Shown in pieces: positions 1 to 13,230 of a DNA stretch of 64,000 nucleotides (position 1 is its first letter; each line of letters begins with the position of its first letter). Position numbers and translations under genes: made by a program. The notes under the pieces are model-generated. The model did not search any database. It was not told the DNA's origin and saw only the letters and a program-made list of their open reading frames with translations. The stretch comes from Octopus sinensis (Eukaryota): contig NC_043007.1 in NCBI RefSeq assembly GCF_006345805.1, positions 43,896,001 to 43,960,000 of the forward strand, read 5' to 3'.

Positions 1-683
1 TATCCCATTCCAAACTTCCTGCCCAACATATATCCACACACCCATACCCATACACTCAATACCTATACTTCACTTGCACCCATACCAAAACCCTATGTTC
101 ATTAACTTGTTCATTCAAAATGTTCATTCAAAACTATTTCTGTAACAGTGTGCCGGTGTATCAACCCTTGGGCTGCTTTCTGCCAGCTTTACCGATAGAC
201 ATACAGCTAGTTTCTAGTTTGACTTACAGCTTTCTATAAGACTTAGAGATAAGTTTCTAGCCTTGAAGCTGCCCTTCAGGCTAGCTCCTGAGGAGGGCTT
301 TTCGGAATTTTGTAGGGTATTCAGGTAAAAAAAAACCTTGAGCTATCGGTCCTCAAAACTACTTCTTGGAACCTTTTGCTCCATTAAATCTTAGTTCGAG
401 AGTATGATTTTTCAGTCTTTTAAATCATTTCGTGTTTATTAATTGTAATATTTGTGGATAGAAGAATGAGATCACGAACCGTTCGGAGTAATTTGATATG
501 ATAACCGTTAGGAGTAATTTGATTACTGATACCATACATTTACTATAGCATGAAGTATGGTTGATAATAACAAATGCATTATAACCGCTCATAAATTTTA
601 CTATGTTGAATATGTACATTGAAAATCCTTTTATTTACAATACAATAAGATTAAATTATATTTATGTGTTTCATGAAAAAAGT

Positions 684-883
684 CTAATTAGGAATCAGAA
701 CATCCCTAAACACGACATTGTCAGTGTGTTCTGGCAGTTGTCCTTCTTGCTGCTTCATAGTAATCTTCAGTGCAGAAGGATTGCGTGTTCTTGAGCAGGC
801 CACATAAAGTTGACCATGGGTAAATTTTTGCTTCATCATGTGCATTTTCGTGTTAATTGCCGCTTCTTCTGGGTGCTGTTGTA
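684..883 (-). pseudogene. Helitron RepHel C-terminal (PIF1-type helicase) remnant
   Basis: ORF 684..1058 contains FTHGQLYVACSR...TDNVVFRDVL, matching the HGQLYVA(C/L)SR...NVV(Y/F)xEVL end of Helitron helicases. The upstream part of that ORF is really the inserted element at 892-1218. Confidence 0.75.
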
Positions 884-891
884 TATATATA

Positions 892-1218
892 CTAGCAGTA
901 TCGCCCGGCGTTGCTCGGGTTTGTTTCGACCCGCTAGAATTGTAATTTTGAAAAGTAAAAATTTTGTGAACATTTTTCTGGTCATAATACACCGAAAAGT
1001 GGCGACACAGCATAGTAAAAAGCATCTTTTTGATGTAAATAATTTTTGGTGTTAACATGGTCCGATTTGAATTTTATGTTCTACAGAAGGAAGAGCAACC
1101 CTTCTTCTATCATACTCTCAATTTTGGTCAACTTGCGCCGCAGGGTCTCGGAGGAGATAGTGTTAGTTGAAGGTTACCAAACGTGACGCACACAGACAAC
1201 TTTAGCTTTATATAGAGA
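892..1218 (-). mobile_element. Non-autonomous Helitron
   Basis: The minus strand starts TC(TCTATATA...) and ends with a CCCGAGCAACGCCGGG hairpin then CTAG (892-895) followed by T, i.e. canonical Helitron termini. Confidence 0.7.
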
Positions 1219-2051
1219 TAACACACACACATTAATACACATACATAGACACACACACACATGTATGTATGGATGTATATATGGGTACTTGTATCGCAGA
1301 GTGATCCCGGTTGCGCACACGCGGATTCGCGCGTGCGAGCCAGACGTAGGTACTCGATACTCGATCGCCCTTAAATAATTACTTTTTTTTACAGAAACGC
1401 GAACGTATATAACGCGCAAAATTATTCCGTAGAATTTATCAAATTAAATAACGCAAAATTAATATATTTTTTGAAATTGCAAATTATTTAGAATATAAAA
1501 ATCTGGCTGCTATTTCTAGGTGCCTGAGTAACAACCTCGCGGATTTACAGATAAATGAATTAATTACTATTTTACAGAATAAAATTAAATAATTCTTGAA
1601 AATTAATTAATATTAATATTTTTTGAACAAAGTAAATAATTTTTAAAACTTAAATAATAATTTTTTTTACACAAACGCGAACGGGGAAAAGGGGGTGGCG
1701 AATTCGATTTTTTTATTTTCGTTGAATGAATATAAAAAATGTGTAATATATGTTGTACATACCTAAATTTTTTCTTTTTCATGACATTGTAGCAAAATAG
1801 TAGTGAATTATATAAATACCAGCAGTACATTTTTTTTTCTGGGGTATTTTTTTCAACCTCGTCACATATTTGCCCCTTTCAATTTAAACAAAGTCTTAAT
1901 TAAGCAATTACGGCAGCTTAGCAATGGTTTCAATACAGGCGTGACATGTGTATCTCAATTGTTCAAAACCCTTCGAATTTTTTCGCACGTGATGATATCA
2001 TAGTGAAAACTTTCAATTACGCGCGCTTAGAAGTACGCTCGCAAATTAATA

Positions 2052-3115
2052 CTACCAAAATTTTGAAGCTCGCGCTCCGCTTGTGTGTGTGTGTGTGCGT
2101 GCTTTAGGTGTACGTAGGTATGTGTTTGTGTGTGTGTGTGTCACTGAAGCCATACATACATATATACATACATAACCTCTCTCTCTCTTTTCTCTCTCAG
2201 TCACTCACTACAAAAAGTGAATAAAAAAGTTCAGTTATTTCTGTCTTTCACTCTCTGTGTCTCTTTACACACACTAACAAAAGCACTTCACTTACACACC
2301 ACACTTTCTGTGTCGCACAACCCATCAAACACACACACACACACACACACACACTCACGCACGCACACATGTACATCAATGCTTTCGGAGTGAAATGTTA
2401 AAATATTGAGTTTTCTCGAATTTTGTCTTAATTGGGGGTGAAATTGAAAGAAATTTGTTATGGCATGACCGAATGGAGTACTTTGAAAAATCTTAGGTAA
2501 ACTCTAATTGAAGAAATTGTGTGAGGAGTAAATCGTTATGTATTTATTTGTTTCTGTTTGCTGTGTTTTTTTTTTATTTTTGAGTAGTGGTTTAAGGTAC
2601 TCTTGCAAAGAGAAAGTGGGAGAAATTATGTTGATAGCATGCGTGATCCGTTTTATAGAAATACTTTCAGTTTAGTCTTCCTCAAATCACTCTGTCGCTA
2701 TTTACTCTCTTCCAAGAACATTTTCACTCACTCTTATCTCTTAGCTTGCCATACATTTTACTCATGTATCTATCAGCGTGATAGACAGAAACAAATATTA
2801 CATCGCCATCGCATTCTATTGTCTACCTGTCAACACACACACAGTGAATTAGTTTCGCTTTATTCGTTGCACACTGTGTGTGTGCGTTTGCGTGTGCTGT
2901 AAACCAGACTAAGAAAAGCATTTGACATACACACCAGAATGTGAGTTTTCTGTAAATTTTGCTTAATTGGAGTTTAAATTTTAAAACTGGACCTGGCATG
3001 ACCCGATGCATTCTACTCTTAAAAATGCTAGGTAAATTGTAATTGAAGAAATCCTATATTGTAGATTTCTATAAGTGACAAAGGGAGGCAGATAAAATCT
3101 GCCTTTTATAATAAG
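2052..3115 (-). mobile_element. Probable non-autonomous Helitron-like element with internal microsatellites
   Basis: The right end reads TCTTATTATAAAAGGCAG on the minus strand, with a perfect GGCAGAT-AAA-ATCTGCC palindrome (3087-3103). The left end has an AAGC..GCTT hairpin and a GTAG (degenerate CTAG) terminus. Segments ~2410-2520 and ~2943-3050 are similar to each other. Confidence 0.4.
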
Positions 3116-3126
3116 ATTATAATAAG

Positions 3127-3191
<65 letters not shown>

Positions 3192-3199
<8 letters not shown>

Positions 3200-3620
3200 A
3201 GTGAATGGAAGAAATGGAGTTGAACGAAGATTGTACAGAATTCCTTTTATTACATTCTACACATGTTTCAAAGGCCACAAATTTCCAAATTCCAATTTTG
3301 TTCTGTCAACGGAATTCCTGTTTTTTCCTGAAGAGAAAGCCACAATATGGTACCCTTATTTAATAAGAATTTGGAAATTTGTGGCCTTTGAAACATGTGT
3401 AGAATGTAATAAAAGGAATTCTGTACAATCTTCGTTCAACTCCATTTCTTCCATTCACTAATAATATTAAACTTCAATTATCCGCACCAACGCACGGTTG
3501 CAACACCAAATGGTCTTATCTCCAACCGTGCTTTTTTCTGGTGTGATTTTTGCTACCCAGGTATCGGTTAAACTTTTGAATAATCTGTAACAAGAAAATT
3601 CATCTTTCTTTTTCAACAAA
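3192..3620. mobile_element. Fold-back element in (TA)n, Penelope-like terminus with hammerhead core
   Basis: Perfect 101-bp inverted arms (3192-3292 and 3367-3467). CTGAAGA (3328-3334)...GAAA-CAT-loop-ATG-TA (3390-3408). (TA)n on both sides. Confidence 0.6.
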
Positions 3621-3642
3621 TATATATATAATATATATATAT

Positions 3643-3686
<44 letters not shown>

Positions 3687-3738
3687 CGGGAAGCTTTATG
3701 AAAATAAACAAAAGACGAAGGCAGGTGGAAAACAAACG

Positions 3739-3782
<44 letters not shown>

Positions 3783-3785
<3 letters not shown>

Positions 3786-4170
3786 TTTTATTCTTTTATT
3801 CTCTTACTTGTTTCAGTCATTGGACTGCGTGCATGCGGGGCAACGGATTGAAGTACTGTAATCGAACGAATCGACCTCAGCACTTATTCTACCAGGCTTT
3901 TTTTCCGAACCGCTAAGCTACGGGGATGTAAACACACTAGCACATGTTGTCAAGTGCCGTTAGGGGACAAACAAATACACAATGATACATATACATAGAT
4001 ATATACATATGTATAGACTGGCTTCTTCTAGTTTTTTCTTCCAAATCCACTCAGAAGGTTTTGGTTGGCCCGAGGCTATAGTGGAAAACACCTACCGAGG
4101 GTGCCACGTAGTGGGAATGAACCCAATACCACGTGGTTGGGAAGCATGCTTCTTACCACACAGCGACGAC
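3783..4170 (-). mobile_element. tRNA-derived SINE, family B
   Basis: Reverse complement of the intact copy at 29772-30136: same head (TGTGTGGTAAG..GGTTCATTCCC), central (TA)n and TGACTGAAACAAGTAA tail. Confidence 0.85.
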
Positions 4171-4939
4171 TGTCTGTCTCTCTCTCTCTCTTTCTCTCCC
4201 ACCCTCTCTCTGTTTCTCTCTCTCCTTTTCTCCCACATTATCTTTCAATACACACACACGCACACACACACTTACATATATACATACATATATGCATGTA
4301 TATTTTTTATCTGTATATCTTTATACTTACATCCATCCATCCATACATCCATATATTTATATAAACTAGGATTAGAGAGAGGAAGACAGGGTAAGAACAA
4401 TAGAAATATATATATATTCTATAGGAAAAAGAAATTTACTTCCACTCAAGCTGTAATAGTGGAGAATTGGTTTTGACGTTGAAAATGTACCTGAGTCTTA
4501 AAACAAATTGGTTTCAAAATCTTTTTACTAATTTAGGAAATACCACAGCAATTGCAAAAATCTTTCCTTTCTTGTTTTCTCCTTTTCCATTGCAAGAAAA
4601 AAGAAACAAGATAAAAGTTTAAAAGAAAATAAATGCTGAGGAGAAAATTCCAAAGCGGTAAAACATACTAAAAAATTCCAATAAGAAAATTCAAATAAAT
4701 TTCACAGTAATAGCAAATGATAAAAATTCAAGTGTTCAATAAATTTCATAACTATGATACATGATTGAGAGTCCAATTGGTTTCAGAATAACAAGTTACA
4801 CAATTAGATAAGCATCTAACAATTAAATACGATGAAGTTTTTAAAAATACGAAATTTGTTTTTAGAAGTTCCGTTTCAATGGAAAATTGTTCGTCGTCTG
4901 CTCTACTGTTGAAAAACTGAACTGTTTCAAGCCGATATT

Positions 4940-4988
<49 letters not shown>

Positions 4989-5931
4989 TGTGTGTATTTA
5001 ATGCGCAGTATATGGATTTATCTAACCCGGGGGTAATCACAAAATGCTCCTTTAGTAGACCAGCTTACGAACCACACAGTAAACCAATACATAGGGGTGT
5101 AAACGTAGAGTCCTGTGCAGTTGAAATCCAGTAAATCCAAGCAATGAAAATTATTTCATAAGGAGTTTTATAGAATATAAAGTCAGGAGATATGAAATGA
5201 ACAAATTTATTTCCCCAGTTGATATCCATAAAATGGCGGTCTTTTCAGAGCCAACATCATGGAAAGTTGATGTACTTTAGTGTATAATAAATTATTCTAC
5301 TTGGCTGCACTAGTGTATATGTTATAAATTGCGTCGTACCATTGTACATTTTACAAGCTAATGTAGCTACAGAAGGCTATCTCTTCAGAATCACAGAATA
5401 TTATGGTTACATCCACCTTTTCAATTCTAGAATACACATACAAAAAGCCCTCTTAGAAATATTAATGCATAGAAGACAATAATTAATAAAAAATATTTTC
5501 TATGGAGGGTAGGAATTGTGATTTCGTGAGATATTAAAAAGGAAACAGTGTTTAGTGGTAGTGGAAATGAAGATTGTGTATAATACGATAGAGAGGGAGA
5601 GTCAGATATTTTCTCGTTAATAATCTAGAATAGAGAGAGGAAAAGAGATTTTTAAACAGAATCAGATAGAAGTTTGCAGATATTGTGTTTATGAAATATA
5701 GAGAGTAATATCAACAAAAAGAGAAATAAAATGAGAGTAAAAACTAGGATTAGAGAGAGGAAGACAGAGTAAAATCAATAGAAATTGGTATGGTAGATCG
5801 GAGGATTCTGATCTTTATAAAGTAATTAAAATATGGTGAATATTAACCGGAATGGAAAAATAATGAGAAAAAGTAATAAAATTAGTGTTTAAAAATATAT
5901 AATTAATTGTATGATAGCTATATATATATAT

Positions 5932-5985
<54 letters not shown>

Positions 5986-6565
5986 TAACTAGGGAATAAA
6001 TAACTATAATTATTAAGATATAAAATAATGGAAAAGAGACAATAGAAAGTAAGTATATGTGTTTATATATATATATATATATAAATGAATACCAAAAATG
6101 AGACAACAACGCAAAACATCCAGACAGTTAGATGATACAAAAAAGGAACAACAAATCATCCAGACTGATGATACAAAAAAAAGCAAAGGCGGGTCATTCG
6201 GAGTTTTCTTTCTTCAGTCGAGTTCCACATTATCTTTGCAATTTTGGCTGGTTATACTCGAGATTGCTCCAATCTGGCCAGCCCCAAAGAAAAAACTAAG
6301 CTAAGAGCACTAGATTCGTTGGAAGAAAGCAGCGAATGTACACAAAAACAAGGACGGAAAAAACGGAGAAATGGTACACTAATACAAATGCAAATAAAAT
6401 ACATTAACAACAGATGTCTTTCGACTAAGGACGAATTAAATTAAGCTGGCGTATGCACACACAACAATGTACGTAGGCAAGTACGAATATACACACACAT
6501 ACATAGACATACTCTTTCTTTGTATTTTCTCTGTATTTCTCCTCTCTTTCTCCCGCCCTCCCTCC

Positions 6566-6605
<40 letters not shown>

Positions 6606-6608
6606 TAT

Positions 6609-6704
<96 letters not shown>

Positions 6705-6705
<1 letters not shown>

Positions 6706-8057
6706 TAGCAAACGCACCCGTTCCTTTGGACGGTGTAATTTATTATAATGCCGCACTCCTTTGGACGGTTTCGGTTGAATTAGCCCGCAGTTAGAAGTCG
6801 TTTCAAGTCGATAAACGTAAAATGTATAATTACCAATTTTGCATTTTATTATATGGTATCTTTACATATCTATGAAAATGGCGGGCTTATTCGCAATGCA
6901 TTTCGGTAACAAATTGTCTAGTCGGAATAAAAATTCAGTATTGAACTATTCCGGTGAAAAATATAAATTAACAATTGAGGATAAAATCTTTAAAAGAAAT
7001 TATCAGTAGTCAGCGTGAAAAACCTCGTAAGAGAAAAAATCCGTAAATTCTTCCTCTTTGAAAATATTCATTTATATTATATTGAGGGTACTACTATTCG
7101 TAGATACCAACACGCTAAGAGGGACCAATGCGGTCAAAACTACTAAAAATAAACAAAATTTTACCGAATGCAAAACTTCAAAACACATCATTTTAAAAAA
7201 GAATTCAGTTACATATCACATGTGATTTCGTATTTAAATGCAGAATATGCATTTCATGTTCATCAGTGCAACAAACTCAAGAAATATAAGAGAAAAACAT
7301 AACATTACAAGCTCGATACAAGCTTTTTTAAAATGATGTGTTTTGAAGTTTTGCATTCGGTAAAATTTTGTTTATTTTTAGTAGTTTTGACCGCATTGGT
7401 CCCTCTTAGCGTGTTGGTATCTACGAATAGTAGTACCCTCAATATAATATAAATGAATATTTTCAAAGAAGAAGAATTTACGGATTTTTTCTCTTACGAG
7501 GTTTTTCACGCTGACTACTGATAATTTCTTTTAAAGATTTTATCCTCAATTGTTAATTTATATTTTTCACCGGAATAGTTCAATACTGAATTTTTATTCC
7601 GACTAGACAATTTGTTACCGAAATGCATTGCGAATAAGCCCGCCATTTTCATAGATATGTAAAGATAAACATTCGGACATGCTACGACGAATTCTACGGT
7701 TGGCTATCGAGTTTGTAATGTTATGTTTTTCTCTTATATTTCTTGAGTTTGTTGCACTGATGAACATAGAAATGCATATTCTGCATTTAAATGCGAAATC
7801 ACATGTGATATGTAACTGAATTCTTTTTTAAAATGATGTGTTTTGAAGTTTTGCATTCGGTAAAATTTTGTTTATTTTTAGTAGTTTTGACCGCATTGGT
7901 CCCTCTTAGCGTGTTGGTATCTACGAATAGTAGTACCCTCAATATAATATAAATGAATATTTTCAAAGAGGAAGAATTTACGGATTTTTTCTCTTACGAG
8001 GTTTTTCACGCTGACTACTGATAATTTCTTTTAAAGATTTTATCCTCAATTGTTAAT
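6705..8057. repeat. Complex fold-back (A-B / A' / B'A') starting at a Helitron 3' terminus, flanked by (TA)n
   Basis: 6857-7200 is mirrored at 7324-7667, and 6967-7318 is mirrored at 7705-8057. The left end has CTAG (6705-6708) plus a CCGTTCC-TTT-GGACGG hairpin. Confidence 0.85.
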
Positions 8058-8071
8058 ATATATATATATAT

Positions 8072-9147
8072 CAGGGGCGTGCGGTGATCTTTCTGGTCAA
8101 AATTTTGTGTCACATATATTTGAATCAAATAGACACATTCATATTACACAGCTATTTTGAAAATAAAAAGTCACAATTAAAACTGACCTATTTTATTTAA
8201 ATGTTAATTCAATTCTTCTCTCTTATCTTATTGAAATTGTTGATAACATCATTGTAGAAGGTATCATTCTTAATGCTTTTTAAAACGTCTTTTTCTATGA
8301 CAATTAGAGCTAAACTGCTCGACCTTTCTTGTCCCTGCGAATTTCTTCTATAATTATGAATTCTCCCTAGGTATGAAAAGGAGCGCTCCACTGTAGCACT
8401 TGTTGCTTGTAGTGTTAATATTAATTCACAAAGCTTCGTTAACTGGGGCAAAACTTCATCTAATCCACTGTTATGCAGAACGGATTTTCATTTTAGTTCA
8501 GCATCTTTGTACAAGGCAGTAAGTTCGCTTCTTAACTTTTGGCTGTCGAAATGGTCTCCATAAGAATGTTTAACGCAAGTTAGAGATGTTTCCTGGACGT
8601 CGTTATTTTGTCTCATTGGATCGAGAAGCGCTAAAAAATATAATTCATTTAGATTTTGAAATCGTATCTCAATTTGCTCGCAAATTAAATCTATAATTTT
8701 GTAGAACAGCTGTCTGTATTTTTCTTCTGTTTCAAACGCATTTTTTCTTTTCTTCATCTGAGGATAAATGCCATCCATGTTAGCCCAAAATTTTAAAAAT
8801 TCATGCTTTTTCTCTTTCAGAACTGTCACAATTTACTTTAAAAATACAGAATTATGTCACATCTTTTTCTGAGAGATGTCAAATGCTGCATTTATGTAAA
8901 TAAAAATATCTCCGAATATATTTAGCAAAAAATTGAATTCACAATTTTGTAAATTAGAATACAACGCCTGAAAATAGGTATAGCTTTCCGTATCACATTT
9001 ACTTGAATTATCAATGGTGTTTAGGAATAAATCAGCAAGTTCCTCATGATACCCACGTACTGTTTCTACCACAGAATGATTCAAGTTCCAGCAAGTTGGC
9101 GCCACTTTTGGAAAACGCTTTTTAATTTCAGTATCTAATAGATGCAC
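8072..9147 (-). pseudogene. hAT transposase remnant (C-terminal dimerization domain)
   Basis: ORF fragments 8857..9147, 8488..8829 and 8209..8451. The last contains LILTLQATSATVERSFSYLGRI..R..ERSSSLALIVIE (hAT dimerization motif). CAGGGGCGTG terminus at 8072. Confidence 0.8.
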
Positions 9148-9355
9148 GCGTTTGGTCGACTTACAAAAAAATAACGAAAAATACTTTATCTGTGAAAAAA
9201 AACTTATCGCATTCTTGAATATTTGTAGCCGCTTGAGACTAGATTTAATCTATGGGCCATATAATGAACAAAAAAGGGTATTCTGTAATTTGAAAATATA
9301 TAAAACATATATATATACACACATACACACACATACATATGCACACACACAACAC

Positions 9356-9387
<32 letters not shown>

Positions 9388-10375
9388 CATGAAAAATAAA
9401 AACATTTACCATCTATCTCCTGGACCATGGTCTCTGACCTTTTTTTACCATATAAAATAATTTGCTAGGCGAAGTCTTCCTCAACTAGGCCATCAACAAC
9501 GCCTAGGCCACAGGTAGTAAAATTTCTAAAATCTTTATTAACCTGATATTATTAATCACGATATTTTTATGTACATATACATACTTACATACCTGCACAC
9601 ACATATATACATATATACACACACACCTATAGATATTTCCACACATATATGCACATGCGTACTTAAGATAGTACAAAAAGTGTGTATATTCATATCAGGT
9701 GGATGTGTCATCAAAAAGCAGGATTAGATCTCTCACTCTCAGGAGTCCCAGATGAATTTAGCTTCACAGCAAGAAGTGCAAGGGAAGGCAGCGGTGTCAG
9801 ATTCTCTCATGCATCGAATGTCTAGTTCTTAATACCTTTTTTTGCAAGTAAAAAATGTGTATGTTGTAAAATCAAATGGTAGTGCCCCAGCATGGTCACA
9901 GTTCGTGAGCTGAAACCAGTTCAATTCAATTCAATTCATATATACTTTTCCTTATTCAGGCAGTGGTTGGTTGGTGTCGTTCGTGGATTGTTGAGATGGT
10001 AGTTTTTGTTCAAAAAAAAACACGCACACACCCACACATGCACACATCTACCTACACTAGATACGCACACACATACACACACGCATATACACATGCGCAT
10101 ACACACGCGTGCACACACCCGCATGCACACACACAAGCATACATAAAATCTACACACCTGTAGAATTTATCTCGACGGTATGAGAGAGGACGCGAAAGTT
10201 AAGTCGACAGGTTCGAAACCAGAGACGAATGCTGTTGTATGATGGGAGAGGGGTGGAATTAAGAAAGGAGAAAGGAGTGGGAGTGTAGATGCATGTATAA
10301 TAGTATGTCTATGTCTGGAAGCAAGTATAAGAGGGAATGGTGTGTGCATGAGCATGTAGTGTATGTCTGTAGATG

Positions 10376-10976
10376 CGTACAGAGCTGGCAGAAACATTAG
10401 CACGCCGGGCGAAATGCTAAGCAGTTTTTCGTCTGCCTTTACGTTCCGAGTTCAAATTCCGCCGAGGTCGACTTTGCCTTTAATCCTTTCAGGGTTGATA
10501 AATTAAGTGCCAGTTACGCACTGGGGTTGATATAATCGACTTAATCCGTCTGTCTGTCTCTGTTTGTACCCTCTGTGTTTAGCCCCTTGTGGGTAGTAAA
10601 GAAATAGGTATTTCGTCTGCCGCTACGTTCTGAGTTCAATTTCCACCGAGGTCGACTTTGCCTTTCATCCTTTCGAGGTCGATAAATTAAGTACCAGTTA
10701 CGCACTAGGGTCGATGTAATCGACTTAATCCGTCTGTCTGTCCTTGTTTGTACCCTCTGTGTTTAGCCCCTTGTGGGTAGTAAAGAAATAGGTATTTCGT
10801 CTGCCGCTACGTTCTGAGTTCAATTTCCACCGAGGTCGACTTTGCCTTTCATCCTTTCGAGGTCGATAAATTAAGTACCAATTACGCACTGGGGTCGATG
10901 TAATCGACTTAATCCCTTTGTCTGTGCTTGTTTGTCCCCTCTATTTTTAGCCCCTTGTGGGTAATAAAGAAATAAG
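10376..10976 (+). mobile_element. tRNA-derived SINE family A with tandem 184-bp body repeats
   Basis: Head GAGCTGGCAGAAACATTAGCACGCCGGGCGAAATGC followed by three body copies (period 184 bp, e.g. 10608 vs 10792). Confidence 0.85.
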
Positions 10977-11229
10977 ATGTGTACAGAGGTGAGGAATGTT
11001 GGTGAGGGCTTGTAATTGTTTGGTGAGTTGTGGTAAAGCGTGTATGTAAGCACTTGAGAGGATTGCGGGTGGAGAATAAAACCGTACGAACAAAGGTGGA
11101 AAGTGTTATTTATGTGTGCAAGTGTATAAACGAAAGAATGTGATGTTTCTTTTTAAGGCGTTTGGCTGTGAAGTAAAATAAGGGGAAAAAAATGTCTCCG
11201 ATAAACTGATTGAAACACCTATGTATAAA

Positions 11230-11291
11230 TAGACACATACACACACATACGCACACACATACATACACACACATACATATGCACACATATT

Positions 11292-11338
<47 letters not shown>

Positions 11339-11645
11339 GCATGTAAATATATATATATATATATATATACATATATGTACATATATGTATATATATGTGT
11401 GTGTGTGTGTATAACATACATACACAGGCTCACATAATACAAATTTACACACATATATACATACTATACTCACATATACATACGTACATATATCCATGCA
11501 CATACATACGTATATACACACATATATATATATACAGGTATGCATGTGTTTGGATGTGTGTGCGTATGTATATATATGCTATATTATCAGATATATATAT
11601 ACACATACCCATGTGTATGTGTGTGTGTGTGTGTGCGTGTGTGTA

Positions 11646-11706
<61 letters not shown>
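11230..11706. repeat. Compound (CA)/(TA)/(GT)/(GA) microsatellite
   Basis: Read directly from the sequence. Confidence 0.95.
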
Positions 11707-11707
<1 letters not shown>

Positions 11708-12329
11708 ATAGTGTTATTTTGAAATGTTCCTGTAATTATTGATCATTCGCTCAACAAAAGACGTAATTTTCGGGAAATTACTTCAGATCCGACTTGAAAC
11801 CTTATCAAAACTTCAACCTGCTGGCAGATAACATTTGATTCTACAGGACTCTTCAGCATTGATTCTTCTTCTCTGTAATTCCAGAGTATAAGTAATAAGA
11901 ATTTGTAATGTTCATACCTCTCCTGCAAACGTTAAAAGCGTAGATAATATAAAATGGACTCAATCGGAAATCGAAACCGATCAGCATGCTTTGTCGTCTA
12001 TCTTACAGCAGATGTCTTTTTTGTGGAGAAGAATGAATCTGATATGTTGTCGATTTCTCGATTTCTTGCATACTCGCAATAAGCGCAAGATGGTTAAGAA
12101 GTTCACCTCGGAACCACAAGATCCTAGGTTCGATCCCACTGCAAGTTATCTTCGGCAAATGTCATTTTACTGTAACTTCAGGTCGGTTCATTTCGTCAGT
12201 TTTTGTGTACAGAATTTTGTGGTTACAAATTTTATTGTAACCACAAAAACTATATTACCGAACAATAACTATAAACAAAATAACATACTACACAACAAAT
12301 TTACTGATAACTGTTAATTAATCTTTATA

Positions 12330-12720
12330 TTGTTGTCATGATGCTTGACATCGATTTTTGCTAACTAATTTTCATATATTTGGTTCAAGTTGTTCGTGCA
12401 GTTCCACCTTTCATCAATGATAACAAATGCTTGTCAATTAACCAGACCCTTTCAGAAGTCTCTGTTGTTTTGAAAACAACAGTTTACACACCTAAATTGA
12501 ATCAACCATTGTCATAATCCTTGTGGAAAATTACCTGATTTTTCTCAAATCGTTCAGGCAGATAGGAAAAAAAGGTTGGTGATCCCATTTCATTGTACAA
12601 AGCTGAATGAAGAATCTGACTGCATTTCTAACAGTTCCATCAGTATTCTTTCATCTGCCTCGACAGTTTCGTAAGAACTTTTTACTACTAAGTAAAAATC
12701 TTTTAAAACATTTTATTTGC
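12330..12720 (-). pseudogene. Degraded hAT (Charlie/GTF2IRD2-like) transposase C-terminus
   Basis: Manual minus-strand translation gives ELLEMQSD..., RIMTMVDSI*VCKLLFSK and LIDKHL, resembling the E-L-Q-D / FGSTYxCEQLFS / RSRLTDxHL motifs of Charlie-type transposases. Confidence 0.55.
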
Positions 12721-13089
12721 TCATCAATAATCTTATTTTCAATTATTAGTTTATTATTAATTATTCTCATCATTAAAAGGTTTGGCAGGGTTCACCATTT
12801 TTAAACCCCTAGCAACGCCACTCGCTGGCTGCACTTGTGTTTGAAAAGATCCACGCGTTTGATATGCCTCGGGTAGATGAAAACAGTCTTGGACTCCATC
12901 GGATGATTGCACCTGTAATTCAAAGGATAAAGTCTTGAAGTATATTGTGTCATGCTAATTCTGTTAAGGGTACACGTGTCTTTAAAATACTCAGCAACTT
13001 ACGCAATTAATTCGGGAGCAAGACAAAGATCCATCATAGAGCCACAATATTTCTAATTTGAAGGAAGAGGACACTCAATTGCTTTGACT

Positions 13090-13230
13090 CTAATACCTGA
13101 CTCTATTTTTCTAGACCCCCGAAAGGATAAAGGGCAAATTTAACGTGAGCAGGATTTGTACTCAGAATGTAAATTACCCCAATGAATACCGTAAAGCATT
13201 TTGTTGGACGCTCCAACGATTCGGCTAATC
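13090..13230 (-). mobile_element. Degenerate SINE family A fragment
   Basis: Reverse complement resembles the family A body (CCCCGAAAGGAT..GGCAAA..ACTCAGAA). Confidence 0.55.

Noticed and set aside
4380-6420. Possible very old LINE remnant (an ADD-like motif near 4890 on the minus strand; CTAGGATTAGAGAGAGGAAGACAG repeated at ~4367 and ~5744)
   Set aside because: The motifs are too degraded to assign a family or boundaries by eye.
6425-6756. The many CV/YI/HT/IYLS-repeat ORFs across the window (also 11.1-11.7, 20.1-20.8, 25.0-25.7, 53.6-53.9, 62.0-62.6 kb)
   Set aside because: Microsatellite translation artefacts.
7751-7795. Active minimal hammerhead in the large fold-back
   Set aside because: The core and helix III are present, but helix I barely pairs. 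Kept only as a degenerate motif, not called as an ncRNA feature.
11743-11928. Short ORF as a candidate host exon
   Set aside because: No domain signature or supporting neighbouring exons, and it lies among transposon relics.
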